From: Octopus vulgaris
Lineage: Eukaryota
DNA length: 64,000 nucleotides
NCBI GenBank assembly: GCA_951406725.2
Contig: OX597835.1
Location: forward strand, 27,776,001-27,840,000
Direction: 5' to 3'
Under the pieces are notes generated by a model, which saw only the letters and a list, made by a program, of their open reading frames with translations, was not told the DNA's origin and did no database searches. Positions 40,285 through 55,494 of the stretch are shown here, piece after piece (positions within the stretch are counted from its first letter, which is position 1; each line of letters begins with the position of its first letter). The translations under genes were made by a program, and so were the position numbers.

Positions 40285-41100
40285 CATACAAATACACTAT
40301 AATAATGCTTTTTGTACACTAGCGTAGCTAGAGTGTGTGCTATCCGTTTGCCAACCTCAGACCCCATAAAAAAACCTCATATTGCCTACAACAGACCCAA
40401 AAGTACCACCCCTTTAAAAGTACCACCCCACCACCACCGCCTAGCTATGCTAGTGCTTCTGTACAGTTTCCATGTATCAAATTTCTCTTCAGAAGATATT
40501 AGTCAACACAAAGCATTGGTACAAGGCAGCTGAACTGTTGCCCAGCGAGATTGAACCCATACTGCTTTGTTGCAAAATTCTTAATCATGCAGCCATAAAT
40601 TATCATTTTTAAAGTTCCTTATTATTATTATTATTATTATTCATCAATTAACGTCCGCTTTCCATGCTAGCATGGGTTGGACAGTTCAACTGGGATCTGG
40701 GAAGCCAGAAGGCTGCACCAGGCCCAGTCTGATCTGGCAATGTTTTTATGGCTGGATGCCCTTCATAACGCCAACCACTCCGTGAGTGTAGTGGGTGCTT
40801 TTTACGTGCCACCGGCACAGGTGCCAGAGGAGGCTGTTATCATTATTATTATTATCATTAAAGCAGCAAGCTAGCTGAATTGTTACTGCACCAGGCAAAA
40901 TGCTTAGTAGTATCTTGTCTGCCTCTATGTCCTGAGTTCAAATTCCACTGAGATCGATTTTGCCTTTTATCCTTTCGGGGTATATAAATGAAGGACCGGT
41001 TGAGTACTGGGGTCGATGTAAATGACTTACCCACTCCCCCAACTTTGCCGGCCTTGTGCTAAAATTCTTCTTCTTCTTCTTCTTCTTATTATTTTTATTA

Positions 41101-41134
<34 letters not shown>

Positions 41135-41771
41135 AGCAGAAAGCTGGTGGAATCATTAGCATGCCGGGCAAAATGCTTTGCAGCATTTCTTTTGGCTTAA
41201 TATTCTAAGTTCAAATTTAGCTGAGGTCGACTTTGCCTCTCATCCTTTTAGGGGTCAATGGAATAGGTGCCGATTGAGCATTGAGTTGATGACATTGACT
41301 AGCTCCCTTTTCTGAAGTTGCTGGCCTTATGCCAAAATTTGAGACCAACATTATTACCTCTGACTTCGTGAAGGCAGAGATATTGTTTCCAGTCATGCTT
41401 GTTTGTTTGTCCATTGACAAGATATCTCAAGAACTGCTGAATGAATTCAGATGAAACTTTCAGGAATGTTTGGCCTCATGACTGGCATGAACTGATGAGA
41501 TTTTGGGATTGATCTGGTACAGGACAAGGAATTTCTCTCTCTCACTTTTACTCTTTTACTTATTTCAGTCATTTTACTACGGCCATGCTGGAGCACCGCC
41601 TTTAGTTGAGCAAATTGACCCTGGGACTTATTCTTTGTAAGCCCAGTACTTATTCTATCAGTCTCTTTTGCCAAACCGCTAAGTGACGGGGACGTAAACA
41701 CACCAGCATCAGTTGTCAAGCAATGCTAGGGGGACAAACACAGACACACAAACACATACACATACATACAT

Positions 41772-41807
<36 letters not shown>

Positions 41808-43008
41808 TATTAGTGAATGGAAGAAATGGAGTTGAACGATTCTGTACAATCTTCGTTCAACTCCATTTCTTCCATTCACTAATAATATTAAACTTCAACG
41901 CACGGTTGCAACACCAAATGGTCTTATCTCCAACCGTGCTTTTTTCTGCTGTGATTTTTGCTACCCAGGTATCGGTTAAACTTTTGAATAATCTGTAACA
42001 AGAAAATTCATCTTTCTATTTCAACAAATATATATATATATATATATCTACATATATACGACAGGCTTCTTTCAGTTTCCGTCTACCAAATCCACTCACA
42101 AGGCATTAGTTGGCCCGGGGCTATAGCAGAAGACACTTGCCCAAGATGCCATGCAGTGGGACTGAACCCAGAACCATGTGGCTGGTTAGCAAGCTACTTA
42201 CCACACAGCCAATCCTGCGCCTATAATCTGGATTATTTTCCCTATTTTTTTTGACAGCAGTCGGGTTCATATTTAGTATTTTCGTTTGTGAGAGCAGTCG
42301 AGCTTATTTTAGATATTTCAGAGTGCTCTTGTTATTATATTGCTAATCAAAGACAAAATTTAATGATTTTCAAAAGATAAACAAATCTTCAATTGAAACA
42401 TGATATTTAGATCAGTTACACAGATAAGCCATCTGTATGAAAAATAATAGTTAAGTTGCTATTTATATATCCTCTATTGTAATCATTCAATATCTAATTA
42501 GAAAAATCTATGCAGAGAAGGAAATACAACACAACCTTTTTGATAGCAACAAGCCTGAAACCACCCTTGGCTCTAAGTTATCAGCTCCTTGTTTCAAAGC
42601 ATTCTAAATTAAAACTGCCCATCAAAATTTCATTTTATTTATACTTCAAACTCCAGCTTAATAATGGATAAGTTGTTTTACTAAATTCTTCATTATTTTC
42701 GAAATTAACTGAAGTAAACACAGTGTATTTCAACAGAAATGTGGCAACAAAAGAGTTAGGGCATCCAGCTGTAGAAACACTGCCAGATCAGACTGGAGCC
42801 TGGTGCAGCCTCCTGGCTTCCCAGATCCCCGATCGAACCGTCCAACCCATGCTAGCATGGAGAACGGACATTAAATGATGATGATGATGTTATTTTAATA
42901 AATTCGTTATTATTTTAAAAATAAATCCACACAAAGACAGTGTATTTAATGAAGGCATAATTCAATGACTATTATCATTTAAATAATTTAGGTTAATATG
43001 GGAGCCAA

Positions 43009-43048
43009 CTCTGAGCGTGTTTCCATCTTATTAGACCTCATCAGTGAA
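43009..43048 (-). ncRNA. degenerate hammerhead motif (sense to unc-13 pre-mRNA)
   Basis: Minus strand reads CUGAUGA GGUCU-AAUA-AGAUG GAAAC ACGC UC AGAG; stems I, II and III are partly broken. Confidence 0.35.
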
Positions 43049-46000
43049 GTATACACTTCAGCAAACAGGTTATAATAGTGGTGAGAAACTCACTAGGTGT
43101 ACAATATTGTGTATGAGTAGGCGTGGAATATTGGTATATTCAAAAAAAAAAGGAAAATAGTTATTGATGTTATATGTTTTTCCAAAGATCTATAATCTAT
43201 TCAATTACTTATTTTTTTTCCAAAAATATTATTCAAACATCCATTGGACATTCTTTCATTTTTTGCTTTTTTTGTTCATCTTTTGTAAAACAGATGTTTG
43301 AAAACAGTATTATTAACCTTTTAATTAAACATAAACTATATTCATGATAGAATAAGAATTTAGATAAAATTCAATTATTTTTATGATTTGTTAAATAATA
43401 TATATATATTTATAAATCAGTCTAAATGTAACTCCAAAAACAGATGTTGTTATTTAGCCCCGAGTCACCTTTGATTGTGTGCTTAAATCTATAATCAAAA
43501 GTGTTCCACTCATGCCTGTGCCATCTTTTCTTTATCCAGACATTATATAACCGATATATTTATGTTTTCAATATCTTTTTTTACCCTTTAACTGTGAAAT
43601 TAAATTCCATAGTTATTCTGGTCCTGATGTTAAAAATCTACATCACAATAGAATCGGTATTCTCTGCAAGTTATTTTCTTTCAATAAACACAACATACAG
43701 GCACTGGCATAGCTGTGTGGTAAAAAGCTAGCTTGCTTCCCAAACACATGGTTCCATGTTCAATCCCAATGCATGGCACATTGGGCATGTATCTTCTACA
43801 ATAGCCACCGGCCAACCAAAGTCTTGGGAGTAGATTTAGTAGATGGAAACTGAAAGAAGCCTGTCATGTGTGTGAGTGTCTTTGTGAATGAGTATTAGTG
43901 TGTTTACATCCCTGGCAAAAGAGGATGACAAAGTAAATGCCAGACTTTAAAAAAATAAATAATAAGTACCGAGGTCAAATCACATGACTAAAAATTCTTC
44001 AAGGCGGTGCCCCAGCATGGCCGCAGTCTGACGACTAAACCAAGAAAGAAGTAAAAGATAAAAGAGGTTTCGAAAGAAAATATTTCCAAACATGACATTC
44101 CCCAACAAAAGATAAATTGGTATAAAAAAAACTACTTTTTGCAATTAAGTGGACATATCTGATTTCTGCAAGTAAAAGGCTCAACCAGTTGAAACAGCAA
44201 CACACATTTTTGTGCCATGGTTGCTTGATTTGCTAGAAATGCCAGCCAGATCTTCCTCAAATCATAACTCGATGGCTTAATCCTTTGACTGTGAAATTAT
44301 ATTTCATGGTTATTCCAGTAAAGATCTTAAACATTGATATTAACCAAACAACAGAATATTTGGTATTCTATGTAAGTCCCATTGCCTTAATAAATTTGAA
44401 ATATCTCAACCAAAAAATTGGTTACAAATATACATTATTTAGATGGCGAGCTGGCAGAAACGTTAGCACGCAGGGCAAAATACTTAGTGGTATTTCGTCT
44501 GTCTTTACGTTCTGAGTTCAAATTCCACCAAGGTCAACTTTGCCTTTCATCCTTTCGGGGGTCAAAAATTTAAGTACCAGTTGTGTACTGGGGTCGATCT
44601 CATCGACTGGCCCCGTCCCTAAAAATTTCGGGCCTTGTGCCTAGAGTAGAAAAGAAATATACATTATTCAAAAAAAGAATATAGATTTGTTTATAAGACT
44701 TCTTTCCTCACTTATGGGTAATGAAAATTTGAGTAGATATACAATTTCTACAATAAAATTCTTACAGACACACACACAGGGTGTAGTTCAAAGAAAATAT
44801 AGCTGCTATTTTTAGCAAGTAGAGTGACAATGCAAAGATTCTCCAACCAGTTCAGAAATTTGGTCACTTTCCTTTGCAGTAGCACACCTGTTTCTGTCTT
44901 CATTCCTGATATCTCTCTCTCTCGCTCTCTCTCTCAGACTGGGTAACCTTGTACTTCCTCTACATCAAGACACCTGTATTTGTCTCACTATAACCTTTCA
45001 TCATCCAACACAAGAACACCTCCTCCAAGCCTCCACCCCTCTTCAAACGTTTTTTTATATTTTTTCTTGTCTTGCAAGTACTTGGTGACCCTGTCAGTGC
45101 AGGTGCCACTTATAAGCATCCAGCCCACACTGTAAAGTGGTTGGTGTTTGGAAGGGCAGATAGATAGATAGAGAGATAAGCAGACAGGCTTAGATAGACA
45201 GATAGACATAGACAGATAACCAGATAGATATATTAAATAGATATACAGATAGATATAGATAGATAGATAAATAGACAGACAGACAGGCAGATGGATAGAT
45301 CGATAGATAGATGGACAGATAGACTGAGAGATAGATTGACAGGTAGATAGTTAAGTAGAAAAGCACCCATTACACTCTTGAAGTGTTTGGCATTAGGAAG
45401 GGCATCCAGCTGTAGAAACTCTGCCAGATGAAATTGGAGCATGGTGCAGCCATCTGGTTCGCCAGTCCTCAGTTAAATCGTCCAACCCATGCCAGCATGG
45501 AAAGTGGACGTTAAACGATGATGATGATGATGGTGATGTAGGTAGGGAGATAGACAGATTGTCAGATAGATGCATGTGTATGTGTGTGTGTGCATGTGTG
45601 TGTGTGTATGTGTGTGTGTTTCCCATCACCGCTTGACAACAGTGTTGGTTAGTTTACATCCCCATAACCTAGTGGTTCAGCAAAAGACACTGATAGAATA
45701 TGTAGCAGGCTTAAAACAATAAGCACTAGAGTCAGTCAACCTGTTCAACTAAAATCCTCAAAGGCTGTGCCACAGCATGGCCACAGTCCAATGACTGAAA
45801 CAAGCGCGTAAAAATAAATAAATAAATAATTAAAAATATATAGAAATGAAACGAGGAAAAACCAATATTCTAAGACGTCTTGTAGATCAGTTATTTATAT
45901 ATGTATTTGATTAATTTTTCCTTTTCTCTTTTTTTCCTGTTTTTATCCTTTTTAAATTACAAGACAGAAAATGGTAGAAACAAAATTAAATTTTATCTCT

Positions 46001-46275
46001 GGATTAATCTTATTGAATATAATAAATCTTTTCAGTTATCATATCAATTCATTTCCAATATAGTAATGCCAAGATTTCGCAGAATTTTATTACTCAAAAG
46101 CATTTCTTTCCCTAGAATTACATCTTTCATCGTGTTACTTCATTAAAAAGAAATCATTCATCTGCGAACAATTCAATTATTTCTCATTTCCCAATTTATT
46201 CATTTTTGCTGAGTGCAACCTTTAAATGTACTTTACACATTCTTGGAAGTTCTTTTCTAAATTTAAAATCTGCAA

Positions 46276-46773
46276 AATGCTTACTCGCTAACATACATGC
46301 ACGTTTATTTGCTTTCACGCATCTTAGGATTCCTTATTCTCTAACAATTGTTCTGCCTGTCAGAATGTTCTTTGCTGAAGAGGCCAAATAAGATAGAAAC
46401 ATATCCAAACTTTTCACCTTATTGCTTAAAATTTAGGTTCCAATGCTTACTCGGTAACATACTTGCATGTTTATTTGCTTGCATGCATCTTAGGATTCCT
46501 TATTCTCTAACAATTGCTCTGCCTGTCAGAATATTCTTTGCTGAAGAGGCCAAATAAGATAGAAACATATCCAAACTTTTCCCCTTATTGCTTAAAATTT
46601 AGGTTCCAATGCTTACTCAGTAACATACTTGCATGTTTATTTGCTTTCATGCATCTTAGGATTCCTTATTCTCTAACAATTGCTCTGCCTGTCAGAATAT
46701 TCTTTGCTGATGAGGCCAAATAAGATAGAAACATATCCAAACTTTTCACCTTATTGCTTAAAATTTAGGTTCC
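46276..46773. repeat. tandem repeat, 3 x 166 bp
   Basis: Units start at 46276, 46442 and 46608 (aatgcttactc...aaatttaggttcc) and are highly similar. Confidence 0.95.
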
Positions 46774-47054
46774 ACCTTTTATTTGTTTTGATCACTGGAC
46801 TGTGGTCATACTGAACAGATCAACTACGATACTTTTTTTAAGTCTGGTATTTATTCTATAGTTATCTTTTGATGAACCACTAAATTACAGGGATGGAGAC
46901 AAACCACTCAGCAACTACACAGTTCCATTTATTGTCTGTGAACCTTGTTACATGTACAGCCCAACAGAACTTGTGCTCTTGGTTCACCCCACTCTATTCT
47001 CAGATTATCGCATTTCAAATGTGCTCTCTTAAGGATATATATAAGTATACTTAA

Positions 47055-47086
<32 letters not shown>

Positions 47087-47457
47087 GTACATACACACAT
47101 ATTATATACATATATATGTGCATATTTATATTCTTATATGTACATATAGACAAATATATTTATATACATATTTATATAGAGAGGTTATGAGAGATAATGG
47201 TGTCAATAAGACCCCAAGGTGTCAGTTAACGCTGAGTAAGTGCTATGGACAGACTATAGTTAAGCTCCAGGTTTGGTGGTTATACGAATGAGGAGTCCTA
47301 CGTAGGTCATATATCAGCATGTGTATATATTCTGCCTAAATAATGGATCTACAAATGCAATATCCCTGCATATCTCACATCTATTTTCATTCCTCCACTT
47401 CACTCTCTATTTTTTATCTTATCTATATTAACTATTGCTTAACCATTTTCTCACACC

Positions 47458-47505
47458 GTCTCCGATGAAGGGATATATTAAATATCCTGGAAACAGCTGT
47501 AAGAC
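47458..47505 (+). ncRNA. minimal type I hammerhead ribozyme motif (CCGAUGA core variant)
   Basis: Stem I GUCU/AGAC; CCGAUGA; stem II GGGAUAU...AUAUCCU; GAAA; palindromic stem III ACAGCUGU; GUA triplet. Confidence 0.6.
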
Positions 47506-48031
47506 CTTCTCTTTATAAATGTTCTGAAATCTTTCACAGCCTTGGTTTTTTATCTCATTCTGTTAATTTTTTTTTACATATTTATATATACACATATACA
47601 AATATATATATTTATATACAATCATATACATATATACATAAAAATTAGTGTACCAATTGTACCAGCTTTGCTAGAAAGAGAGGACAATACTCCAAAACCA
47701 CAAATTTCTCACTATAAATGGTTAATGCCCTTACGTTAATGCCCTTACACATGGTTAATGCCCTTACTTTTGCAAAACTACAAAGAAAAGTACAGACATC
47801 TCAGTATCAACTGATTTCAGCTTTTGTGCTAAAAACACTTAGGATCATCATCTGAGAGCTTACTGATAAACTATTTTCCAAAATATATTCACTACACCAT
47901 GCGTGTCTGTTCACTTAAATGCCCCTGCGACATTCAAAAATGAACAAATAGTGAGTAAGCTAAAAATTTAAATAAGATACCATTATTATTAAAAATGATA
48001 ATTATAATAATAAAGCAGCCAGCAAGCTTAA

Positions 48032-48253
48032 CCCTTTTGTTACCATATTTCTGTTGAGATGCTCTGTGGTTCTGTCAATTAATTTTAAATATAACAAAGA
48101 ATTTAGTAAAATAACTTTGTTATCTTTAAGCTAATATTAGGAACATAAATTATGTCTAAGGTTTGGTGGAAGATTTCAATTCAGAACTTTTGAAAAAGAG
48201 ACATTTGCACTACAAAGCCAGAGTTGGTTCCAGGCAGGTTGGTATCAAAAAGG
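48032..48253. mobile_element. piggyBac-like MITE
   Basis: TTAA TSDs (48028-48031, 48254-48257); TIRs cccttttgttacc / ggtatcaaaaagg. A second copy lies inverted at ~42535-42756. Confidence 0.85.
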
Positions 48254-48386
48254 TTAACCAAAATAGGTAAAATATAGATAAAAATTAGGTTTTGGAGGGT
48301 TGACTCCTCTTTCTAGCAAAGATGGTACATTTGGAACCCTAATTTTTATGTATATTTTACCTATTTGGGTCAAGCTTGCTGGCTGC

Positions 48387-48420
<34 letters not shown>

Positions 48421-48434
48421 ATATCTTATTTACA

Positions 48435-49367
<933 letters not shown>

Positions 49368-50685
49368 TATCCAGACCATAAAATTATAGGTGTGGATTAT
49401 ATTTCTGACTGCCAAGTCTCAGATGCTCAAAAGACGGAAATTATTTTTACCTATTTTTAAAATAGCATTATCTCTGACTGACCGACCTCTGTACCTTACT
49501 GCAATTATGGTCGATGGCTAACTTCTGAGAGATTAGCGTACAGTACATTCTTATGATGGAAACGTTTAAATATTTTATATTGATGGTTGCTTTTAGTTTT
49601 TGCAGTATAATTGGACGTTTTTAGGATCTAGCCTCACTTAGTAGCCTGTATCGCATTACAACGTTTAAGCTGATCACTAACGAGATTTATAAATAATATA
49701 TTATCCACTTATCTTTGGTAACAAAATTCCTCTGACAATAATTGCAAAATTATTGTTTTCACATGCATGCATATAAACCTAAATTGCATATTTTCTCTAC
49801 TAATGCCATCCAGTATTTGCCATTTGATACAGGATAATGACACGGCAGTAGATGGGGGAATGACTGCACAAACTGATTGATTTGGTAGTGTGCGGTTCAG
49901 AGTTTGGAATTTGACACAACATTTTATCTTTCTCCAAAGACAGCAAAATAAGTCGCTGCTTCAATAAATGGTAAAAAATATGACTAGTAAATTGATGTGC
50001 TGCACCAAGCAGTCAATCAAATTTGTATTGGTCCAAAGTTATGCTCCATGTGTACGAAAGGGTCTCTGTCTCCTCTCTCCTTCAGTGATGTGTATGAGTG
50101 TGAGTATGTATGTGTATATGTATGTGTGTGTGTGTGTATGTGTGTGTGCATGATTTTGTGTATGCATATGTGTGCATCTGTGTTTGTCTCCCACTACGGC
50201 TCGGCAACTGGTGCTGGTGTGATTATGCCCCTGTAACTTAGTGATTCAGAACATGGGGCCAATAGAAAAATTACCAAGCTTTAAAAAAATAAAATAGCGG
50301 GGATGGGGGGAGGGGTCAATTCATTCACCTAAAACTTTGCGAGGCAAAGCCCCAGCATGGCTGCAGCTGAAAGGCAGGAACAAGTAAAAGATTATATATA
50401 TATCATCATCATCAGCGTTTAGCATCTGCTTTCTATGCTAGCATGGGTTGGACGGTTCAACTGGGGTCTGGGAAGCCAGAAGGCTGCACCAGGCCCAGTC
50501 TGATCTGGCAATGTTTCTACGGCTGGATGCCCTTCCTAACACCAACCACTCCGTGAGTGTAGTGGGTGCTTTTTATGTGCCAGACGAGGCTGGCAAACGG
50601 CGATGATCGGATGGTGCTTTTTACGTGCCACCGACACAGAGGCCAGTCAGGGTGGCACTGGCAACGGCCACGTTCAGATGGTTCT

Positions 50686-50722
<37 letters not shown>

Positions 50723-50989
50723 CAGAGAGAGAGATAGGTAGGTATAGGTGTGTGTGTGTAGAAACGTTAGCTGGCAGAAACGTTAGCACGCCGGGCGAAA
50801 TGCGTAGCCGTATTTCGTCTGCCGTTACGTTCTAGGTTCAAATTCCGCCGAGGTCGACTTTGCCTTTCATCCTTTCGGGGTCGATAAAGTAAGTACCAGT
50901 TACGCACTGGGGTCGATGTAATCGACTTAATCCGTTTGTCTGTCTTTGTTTGTCCTCTCTGTGTTTAGCCCCCTGTGGGTATTAAAGAA

Positions 50990-51023
<34 letters not shown>

Positions 51024-51350
51024 CCATGTGTATGTATGTATATGTACATACACTGAATTGGGGTGAAGTGATTGAGTATTCCACTGACATATAATTCTAA
51101 GACAGAATCAGAGAGGCAAGGTTGGGATTTTAAATTATAGATTCAATCCATCAAGCCAGCTTCTACACAGCTGCTGTCTACCCAACTTCGTTCGCAAGGG
51201 TAGGCGTCGACCCAAGGGGATCTAAAATTACATTTGCCCAAAGTGTCATGCAGTGAAATTGAACCTGGGACATTCACTGTGACGTGAACTTCTTAAGCAT
51301 TCAGCCAAACTACACCTACTTCCATGTGTGCATATAAATGTGTGTGTGCA

Positions 51351-51389
<39 letters not shown>

Positions 51390-52329
51390 AAGAAGGGGAG
51401 AACAAGAGGGAGAGAGAGAAAAAGAGAGAGAGAGCAAGGGAAATTGAAACAAAGGGAGAGCAGAGAGATAGGCAAAGAGAGGGAGAAAGAGAGAGAAGGA
51501 GAAAAAAGAGAGAGAAAGAGAGAGAACGAGAGAAAGAAAAAGAAAAGGAAAGAGAGCGAGACAAAAGGGATAGAGAGAAAGGGAGAGAAAGAGAGAGAGA
51601 GAGAACGGGAGAGAGAAAGAAAGAGAAATGAAGAGAGAGAAAGAGAAAGTGAGAAAAAGATAGAGAGAGAGTGAGAGAGAGAGAGAGAGAGAGCAAGAGG
51701 AGGTTCTTTGTGATGAGTAAGTCTGCATGTATATTTAATGGTTGTGCCTCGGTGTAAGTATCAACATCGCAGCTGATCAAAGTTTCTCCACTGCCCCACC
51801 CACGACCACCACCACCTTCTATATTTCCAGAAGTGACATTCCACAGCATTTATATTCAGTGTCTGTCCAAAAACGACCACCCTCTCCCAAAGTATCTTCC
51901 CTCAGCCACATGGTTGGACGTCATAATCATTGTCACTACACTCTCTCGGTGAAGGCGCATGACACAGTGGTTCGGGTATTCGGTTCGCAATCGTAGGTTC
52001 AATCCCCAGTGACATGTTGCGACCTTGAGCAAGACACTTTATTTCCCATTGCCCCAGTCCACTCAGCTGGCAAAAATGAATTGTACCAGTAATTCAAAGG
52101 GGCCAGCCTTGTCACATTCTGTGTCACGCTGAATCTCCTCTAAGAACTATGTTATGGGTATGGATGTCTGTGGAGTGCTCAGCCACTTCCATAGTCATTT
52201 CATGAGCAGGCTATTGCATTCATTGAGTCAACTGGGACACTTGATCTTGTAACCGACAGAGTACCCGCTATTCTCACTCTCTCTCTATCTCTCTCTCTAA
52301 GCCAAATGAAATCATAGTTGTGGCCGTTG

Positions 52330-52660
52330 TCTGTGTCACATAAGTGGCACCCATGCTGGTAGCACATAAAAAGCACCTTTTGAGTGTTGGGCCTCATGGA
52401 GGAAATGTGACCAATGCTGCTGTTGCATAGCTGACACCTGGGTTGGTGGAACCTAAAAAGCACCTTTTTAGTGCTGGGCCTCATGGAAGAAATATGGCTG
52501 ATGCTGATGTTGCATAGCTGACACCTGGGTTGGTGGCACATAAAAAGCATCTTTTGAGTGTTGGGCCACATGGAGGAAATGTGACCGATGCTGGTGTTGC
52601 ATAGCTGACACCTGTGCTGGTGGAACCTAAAAAGCACCTTTTTAGTGCTGAGCTTCATGG
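52330..52660. repeat. ~89-bp tandem subrepeat within a family E element
   Basis: taaaaagcaccttt..gtg(t/c)tgggcctcatggaggaaatgtgacc..gcatagctgacacctg is repeated about 3.5 times. Confidence 0.85.
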
Positions 52661-53409
52661 ATGCAACAACAAATGACCAAGATCTTCGGCAATATGCTGT
52701 GCTTCAGAAGGAAAATCCATCAAGCTGAGTGAAATCACAGTCATGGCAGTTACTGGTGTCACACAACTGGCACCCTTGCTGGTGGCACATAAAAGCACGT
52801 ATTACACTCTCAGAGTGGTTGGCATTAGGAAGGGCATCCAGCCATAAAAACCACACCACATCAGACTGGAACCTGGTGCAGCCCCTCAGCTTACCAGTCC
52901 TGGTCAAACTGTCCAACTCATGACAGCATGGACAATGAACTTTAAATGATGATGATGACGATGATGATGGTGTACATGCATACATACCAATCCATCTCCT
53001 GTTACTATTACACACACACACACACACACATATATATATTCTTTTATTTGTTTCAGTCATTTGACTGCAGCCATGCTGGAGCACAGCCTTTAGTCGAACA
53101 AATCAACCCAGAACTTATTCTTTGCAAGCCTAGTACTTATTCTATCAGTCTCTTTTGCCAAACTGCAAAGTTACAGGGACGTAAACACACCAGCATCAGT
53201 TGTCAAGCGATGGTAGTAGGGGGCAAACACAGACACACACACATGACAGGCTTCTTTCAGTTTCTGTCTACCAAATTCACTCACAAGGCCTTGGTCAGCC
53301 AGAGACCATAGTAAAAGACACTAGCCCAAGGTGCCATACAGTGGGACTGAACCCAGGACCATGTGGTTGGGAAGCAAGCTATTTACCACACAGCCACTCC
53401 TGTGGTTGT

Positions 53410-53905
53410 ATCATTATTATACATCTAACAAGCTGACCTGCCACCTTTGGTATTGCAGATTAAAGGAGATAGTTCTAACAGCACTTTCAACACACCACAC
53501 TAAGCACTGCTTGTCACGGCTGACTAGTTTGCAGAATGCAGTCAGGACAGTCGGAAGCTCGCTATGCAATAAAGTTTTATGTTAAACTGGGCAAAAAAAC
53601 GTTGCAGAGACTTATTAAATGCTCCAGACTGGTCATGGATTAACTGGTATGAGCCAAGCGTGTTTTTTCACAAGCACAAGAGGTTGAAGGATGGTAGAGA
53701 AGAGGAGAGAGATGAGAGTGAGGTATTGGAAGGAGGGGGATGTCAGAACTCCAGAACAGGTTGAGAAAATTTGCAATTTTTTGGATGAAGACCGTCGTAT
53801 GGCGCTAAGGACAAGAACAAGCATACAGTGTGGAAATGGTGTGGCAACTCTACACAGAATTATTCATGAAGATCTGAACATGGACAAAGTTTGTGAAAAT
53901 TTGTT
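53410..53905 (+). mobile_element. decayed mariner transposase fragment
   Basis: RLKDGREEERD...RTPEQVEKICNFLDEDRRMALR...TLHRIIHEDLNMDKVC resembles the mariner second HTH region; frameshifted. Confidence 0.7.
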
Positions 53906-54051
53906 TGCATAGGCGCAGGAGTGGCTGTGTGGTAGGATTCAGTCCCACTGCATGGCACCTTGAGCAAGTATCTTCTACTATAGCCTCGGGCCGACCAAAG
54001 CCTTGTGAGTGGATTTGGTAGACGGAAACTGAAAGAAGCCCGTCGTATATA

Positions 54052-54093
<42 letters not shown>

Positions 54094-54391
54094 TGTGTCT
54101 ATGTCTGTCCCCCAACATTGCTTGACAACCGATGGTGGTGTGTTTACATCTCAGCGGCTAGGCAAAAAAGTTCGATAGAATAAGTACTAGGCTTCCAAAG
54201 AATAAGTCTTTGGATCAATTTGTTTGACTAAAGGTGGTGCTCAAGCATGGCCACAGCCAAAATGACTGAAACAAGCTAAAGAAAGAATAAAGGTAAAAAA
54301 TATACATGTATGTATGTATGTATGTATATATATATATATGTACATACATACATGTATATTTTTTAAACCTCGCCAAGATAAATATTTAAAC

Positions 54392-54453
54392 CACCTGATG
54401 AATGACTAACTCGAAAATTTAAAGAAATTAACAGCCATGAAACGATCGTAGTG
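54392..54453 (+). ncRNA. minimal type I hammerhead ribozyme motif
   Basis: Stem I CAC/GUG; CUGAUGA; stem II AUGACU...AGCCAU (one mismatch); GAAA; palindromic stem III ACGAUCGU; GUA triplet. Confidence 0.7.
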
Positions 54454-54661
54454 ATATATTAATTATATTTTTTTATAATTTTGTTATATATTTAAATAAT
54501 ATAAATTAAATAATCTTATGTATTGGCTTAAGTTTTTCATTGTATGATTTGCCTAATAGTGGTTTTGTCTCTAATTTAATATAATATAATATTTTACTAT
54601 AAAATTGGATTCAATCCTAAATCTGATTTTTCCCTGTAAGTTTGGATTTATTCCCTAATAT

Positions 54662-54711
<50 letters not shown>

Positions 54712-55285
54712 GTGATAGTGGTGGTAGTGTTTGATAATAGCTGTACTGGCAGTGGTTTTGGTGTTAGTAGTAATACTAGTACCAACAGCAGCACCACCAG
54801 AAGTAATAGTGGTAGTAGTAGTAGTAGTGGTAGTATTAGTAGTAGTAGTAGTAGGTTATAAATCCTCAGAGGATGGAATCTGCCATTCTGTTTCCATTTC
54901 AAGATATGACAGCTTCCTTTAAAATACTCATTTGCTCTGGGGAGATACAAGAATGTCAAAACTACCAATTCCACTAACTCACTCCCCTATCTTCGGTGCT
55001 TCCTTGATATATTATATATATCATGAAGATATATATATATATATATATATATAAGCAAGGAAAACTATCAATCTCTTTTATTTTTGTGAATTGCATTGTT
55101 TTGGTTTTCAGAAAAAAATATAATTATAAAAGTTTATTTTCATATCCACACATATGTAGGCGGAGGTGTGTCCGTGTGGTAAGAAGCTTACTTGCCAACC
55201 ACATTGTTCCAGGTTCAGTCCCACTTGCACACCAACCAAGGCCTTGTGAGTGGATTTAGTAGATGGAAACTGAAAGAAGCTCATC

Positions 55286-55325
<40 letters not shown>

Positions 55326-55494
55326 ACCACCACTTGACAAGCAGCATTGGTATGTTAACATTCCTGTAACTTAGCGGTTCTGCAAAAGAGACTGATTGAA
55401 TAAGTACCACACTTAACAAAATTTAGTATTAGGGTCAATTCATTCCACTAAAAATTCTTCAGGACACTGCCCCAGCATGGCCAAAATGCAACAT

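Noticed and set aside
46276-46773. CRISPR-like regular repeats (also 52330-52660, 8815-8905)
   Set aside because: These are plain tandem repeats without unique spacers, in a eukaryotic context with no cas genes.
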